Shown here: positions 60,499-64,000 of the stretch, in pieces | Numbering within the stretch: the first letter of the stretch is position 1 | Layout of the letters: every line of letters starts with the position of its first letter | NCBI GenBank assembly: GCA_965113315.1 | Contig: OZ220371.1 | Source: Podarcis vaucheri | Taxonomy: Eukaryota | Length of the DNA stretch: 64,000 bases | Direction: 5' to 3' (one strand) | The notes under the pieces: generated by a model | The model's input: only the letters and a program-made list of their open reading frames with translations | What the model was told of the DNA's origin: nothing | The model's database searches: none | Made by a program: the position numbers and the translations under genes

Positions 60499-63204
60499 AA
60501 ATTCTTCCTCTTCAAAACTCATTGTGGCTGGCTGGGGGAACAAAATACGAAGCTTGTTAGATATAATTCTGATGTTGAGGAAGGTGAAAGCCTCTTCTTT
60601 GTGAGAGATTAGATGGCCACGTATCAGGGAATCTATCATAGTGGATTTCCTGAATTGGCAAGGGATGGACACTGTGATCCACATCCTGTTTGGAAAATGA
60701 GCAATGAAATTAAGACTCAAGTTGGACATCAAAGGCAGCAGTCTCTTTTATATTAATATTTGTGTTTGTTTCATTTGTTCCTCTCTAGATGCAGTGTGCA
60801 TTGTCAGTGCTGCTATGACATTGCCACATTCTGTGTGTCACAATGTTGTCCAGTATTGTGCCACTAACTGCGAGACCATGTGGATCGGAGCGGGTGATCC
60901 TTGGTATATGGGAGGCCACAGTAATGGCGATGACAGCTATAGCAGCCATGGACTGAGCAGCAGAAAATAATTGGCATGGGATAGTGACAAAAGTACTAGG
61001 GGAATTGTAGGTTCTTTAAAAAAAACCCCACCTCTGAGGGAAATGTCAGTATGTCTGTTTCAAGAAAGGTGTCAAAAGCCTGGGTAACTCTGCAGTTCTT
61101 CTGTGAGAAAATTCTTCAAATCTCCCTAGGTTTTAGACAAAATAAAAATGATTTACTTATTTTTAGGACAGACTTAGCCTGATCCATTTGCTCTTGTTTC
61201 TAGAGCTTTTCTTTAGAGACAAGAACAGAATGTGTGTGTGCTTCCACAATGACAGTAATTTTCTTTATTCAGAATATTTCCCCACTGCTTAACTGCAAAT
61301 TAATGTTTGTTAATATTTTATAATGTTTAATATTTAATCAAGAATTTTATTCCCTCCTACCCTGAAATATATGTTGAGACAACACACATTTTTATCAAGC
61401 TGATTTGTACATATGGGTGCTGAAAATATAATGGATTCAGTTTATTTCTTTTGAAGCGCAGTTTCAAGAATGAAGAGTGAGAAAAGTAACATCTTGGTAC
61501 CCTTATGTATTGATTCAAATTGTACTCAGGGCTACACAAAATATAGCAATAATTAAACTTAAAATTGAGTACCAAGGGAAAGAATCATTTATTGGATGTA
61601 GTTCTCAGTTTCAAATGCCTGTGTCTGTCCTAAGGGCTATTTGTACTGCTTTCTGTGTAATATTTTATTTAAATGCACTTTTAATGCCTGTATAAACTAC
61701 CAAGATAAAATTGGATTGTAGAGAAAAGAATGCTGTTCTACTAAACCTCTGTGTGATGCAGAGAAATAAATTTACAATTTTACAAAAGACCACTTCCTTC
61801 CCTAATGACACTCTTGGGTGTTAAGATGAGCAGAGTCTTGGTAGAAGTTCAGGGTAGAGATCAGGAGAGGACATTATCTGTGATAGCCCCTAAGATATAG
61901 AATTCCCTTGCCAAAGAGGTGTGCCTGTCACTTTCATTATATAATTTGTGTCCTATAATCTGGGTTTTGACACTTGAGATTTATTTTTTTTAAGGACCCA
62001 GAATGTTTTTGTGACTGTAATTTGTTTTAAACTATATTAGATACTGTATTTTTTACATTTCTGTAACCCACCCTGAGACCTTGTGGTGAAGGGTAGGTAT
62101 GAAATTGAAGTAGTAGTCTTAATAATAATGTCTGCTATTAGATTCTACTAACTAAGGGGTACATAGGGAAATGTTGGTTTTCCTGGGGTTTGTGGTATTT
62201 GGTACTAATTTGCAAACTTACAGTATACAAATAATATGCTTATTGGATCAACACTTTTGGTTCACAGTTTATACAATAACAGAGCGAAATGTAGCACAGT
62301 ATCTACCAGATATTAATTCGAGATTTTGGCAAGAGTTCTTCTGAGCTCGGCTGAAAAGATGAACTTCAGAGACTCATTAAAAACTGTGTCAGAGGAGAAG
62401 CATATTTTACAAACCAACTTGGGGAACACACAATTTCGACTAGAGAAACGAATTGAGCAGAAAGAAAATCAGTCCTCCTTCACTGCTCTGGTTAGGCTCA
62501 CCATCCCCTGTGGCTGATTTTTTAATTTTTTTAAAAAAAAAGTCATTGAGAAACTGATCTTAACCCTCTATTTGGGCCCTGAAATGACACTTTGTAAGGA
62601 AAGAAAACAGTTGAAAGTTTCTGTGTCATCCGATTCAGACTGACATCATGCGAAGAAGAAGGAACCTTGTTTGTCTTCTGAAGAAAAGCTCTTCTCCTGT
62701 TCAGTCCTAATACTCCCTGCCCCCCATCCCCAGTTGCTTTGGATAGGGTGTGTCACCTACCTTTCTAGTGCACCATCTGAAATCAGGGTGTTGGGCAGGC
62801 TTTAGAGTGGTGTGTATATGTTTTAAGGTTGTGATTTAAGAATTACACATGCATTAATTCTAGGGTGCAACTGATAAAACTGGTTGTGTGTCTCCCAGAG
62901 GCAGCGAAGGAACCAGCTTTCAAACTGATACTAGGATAAGTGTATTCCAAAGTCTGGCAAGTGTTGCCATACTTTTCGCTGCCCTTGTGGCAGCTCATAG
63001 ATGTTTACCAGTCCAAGAGCAAATAACAGTAACCCAATCCTGTCTGTCTTTGTTTGCAAAGATTAAGCGGCTTTTATGACAGAGTGGCACAGCAGAACAA
63101 ACCATTACCAGCAAAATATAGGATTTTGTTTGAACTACCTCCTTGCAAATAATTCAGAGAGCAGCCGCTGTGGCTAGTTCTTGAGAGCAGGATGCTATTG
63201 TTAT

Positions 63205-63450
63205 ACTGGCGCTTTCACAATACACCTTTAGGTGCCAGGCAGAAACGTTCCTTTTTAACCAGGCCTTTGCCTGACTTGATCTACATCCTATACCCTTTCA
63301 AAAATGCTGGCTCTTTTGGGTTGTTGTTTTTTAATTGGGTTGTTGTTTTTATTTTGATTTTATGTATTTGATATTTTATGTGAACTGCCCTGAGACCTTC
63401 AGGTATAGGGCGGCATATAAATCAAATAAATAAATAAAATAATAAAATAA
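63205..63450 (+). mobile_element. L2-type 3' UTR and (TAAA)n tail, third subfamily
   Basis: CCAGGCCTTTG..GTGAACTGCCCTGAGACCTTCAGGTATAGGGCGGCATATAAATC. Confidence 0.7.
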
Positions 63451-63451
63451 T

Positions 63452-64000
63452 TGTGCTGGTCCGGGGGGGGGGGGAGATTACCGTTGGCGTGGTCAAAGTC
63501 CGGTCCTGGGTCACGAGTCTGGAAACAGTTCACAAAGAGCGAGGCGGGGTCCGAAGCAGGAAGCCGGGTGGGGACGGGAACTCTGGAAGAACAGGTCTGT
63601 TAGGATATTTCCGTTCCACCTTAAAAGGGAGCAGAATGTTTGTGTCACAGCCTGCGTATTTCCTGTTTTCACAGGATGTTTCTGTTGTGTCTTTGCTTTC
63701 GCTCTCTCTGTGTCTGGAGACACTGACGCAGGCAGTCATGTCTTTCTTTGTTCTGATCAACGCTGAATAAAACTTGTAAATAATGCTCTCCTGCGTGCAA
63801 CTTCTGCTGTGAATTATCTGCTGATAGAGTGTGCATGAGCTCTAGAATGTGGCAAGCTTTTTTCTAGAAACTCATGTCACTAATTGCTGATACTGCGTGC
63901 CTACGGGAGATCGATGGATCGTCCAGCAGACAGCTTGGGGCCATGATGGACTTTATCTCCCTGGCAGTCTCCCAACAAGGTCTGGGTCCGGGCAGAAGCA
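63452..64000 (+). mobile_element. LTR of an LTR retrotransposon/ERV; right boundary uncertain (63879, ~63932 or beyond the window)
   Basis: Abrupt TG start after an A-rich tail. CpG-rich U3-like region with GC box GGCGGG, TATA-like TTAAAA at 63621 and AATAAA at 63766. Confidence 0.6.

Overview
Vertebrate, repeat-rich non-coding DNA from a squamate reptile. Sauria SINEs, BovB, L2, CR1 and pogo/Tigger-type MITEs point to a lizard, probably a lacertid (inference). No intact host exon or RNA gene can be supported, so the window is intronic or intergenic. There are two assembly gaps (40549-40748, 47122-47281). The only host-derived coding sequence is a decayed, intronless ABHD5 (CGI-58) retrocopy (CDS 42848-43854, +). 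Nearly every long ORF in the track is a retrotransposon fragment (L2, CR1, BovB, other RTE, Rex1/Babar, Penelope). The most notable structure is a TSD-bounded Penelope-like insertion at 31817-32511. It is internally deleted and 5'-inverted, carries two intact minimal hammerhead ribozymes on opposite strands, and its upstream pseudo-LTR begins at the predicted hammerhead cleavage site. A third, mutated hammerhead lies at 9025-9064. Also notable: a ~920 bp foldback pogo-type MITE, a head-to-head Sauria SINE pair, a Rex1/Babar LINE nested in an L2 tail, a convergent pair of perfect REST half-sites at 3655-3674, and an LTR at the right edge. Family names come from recognising sequence motifs, not from database searches.
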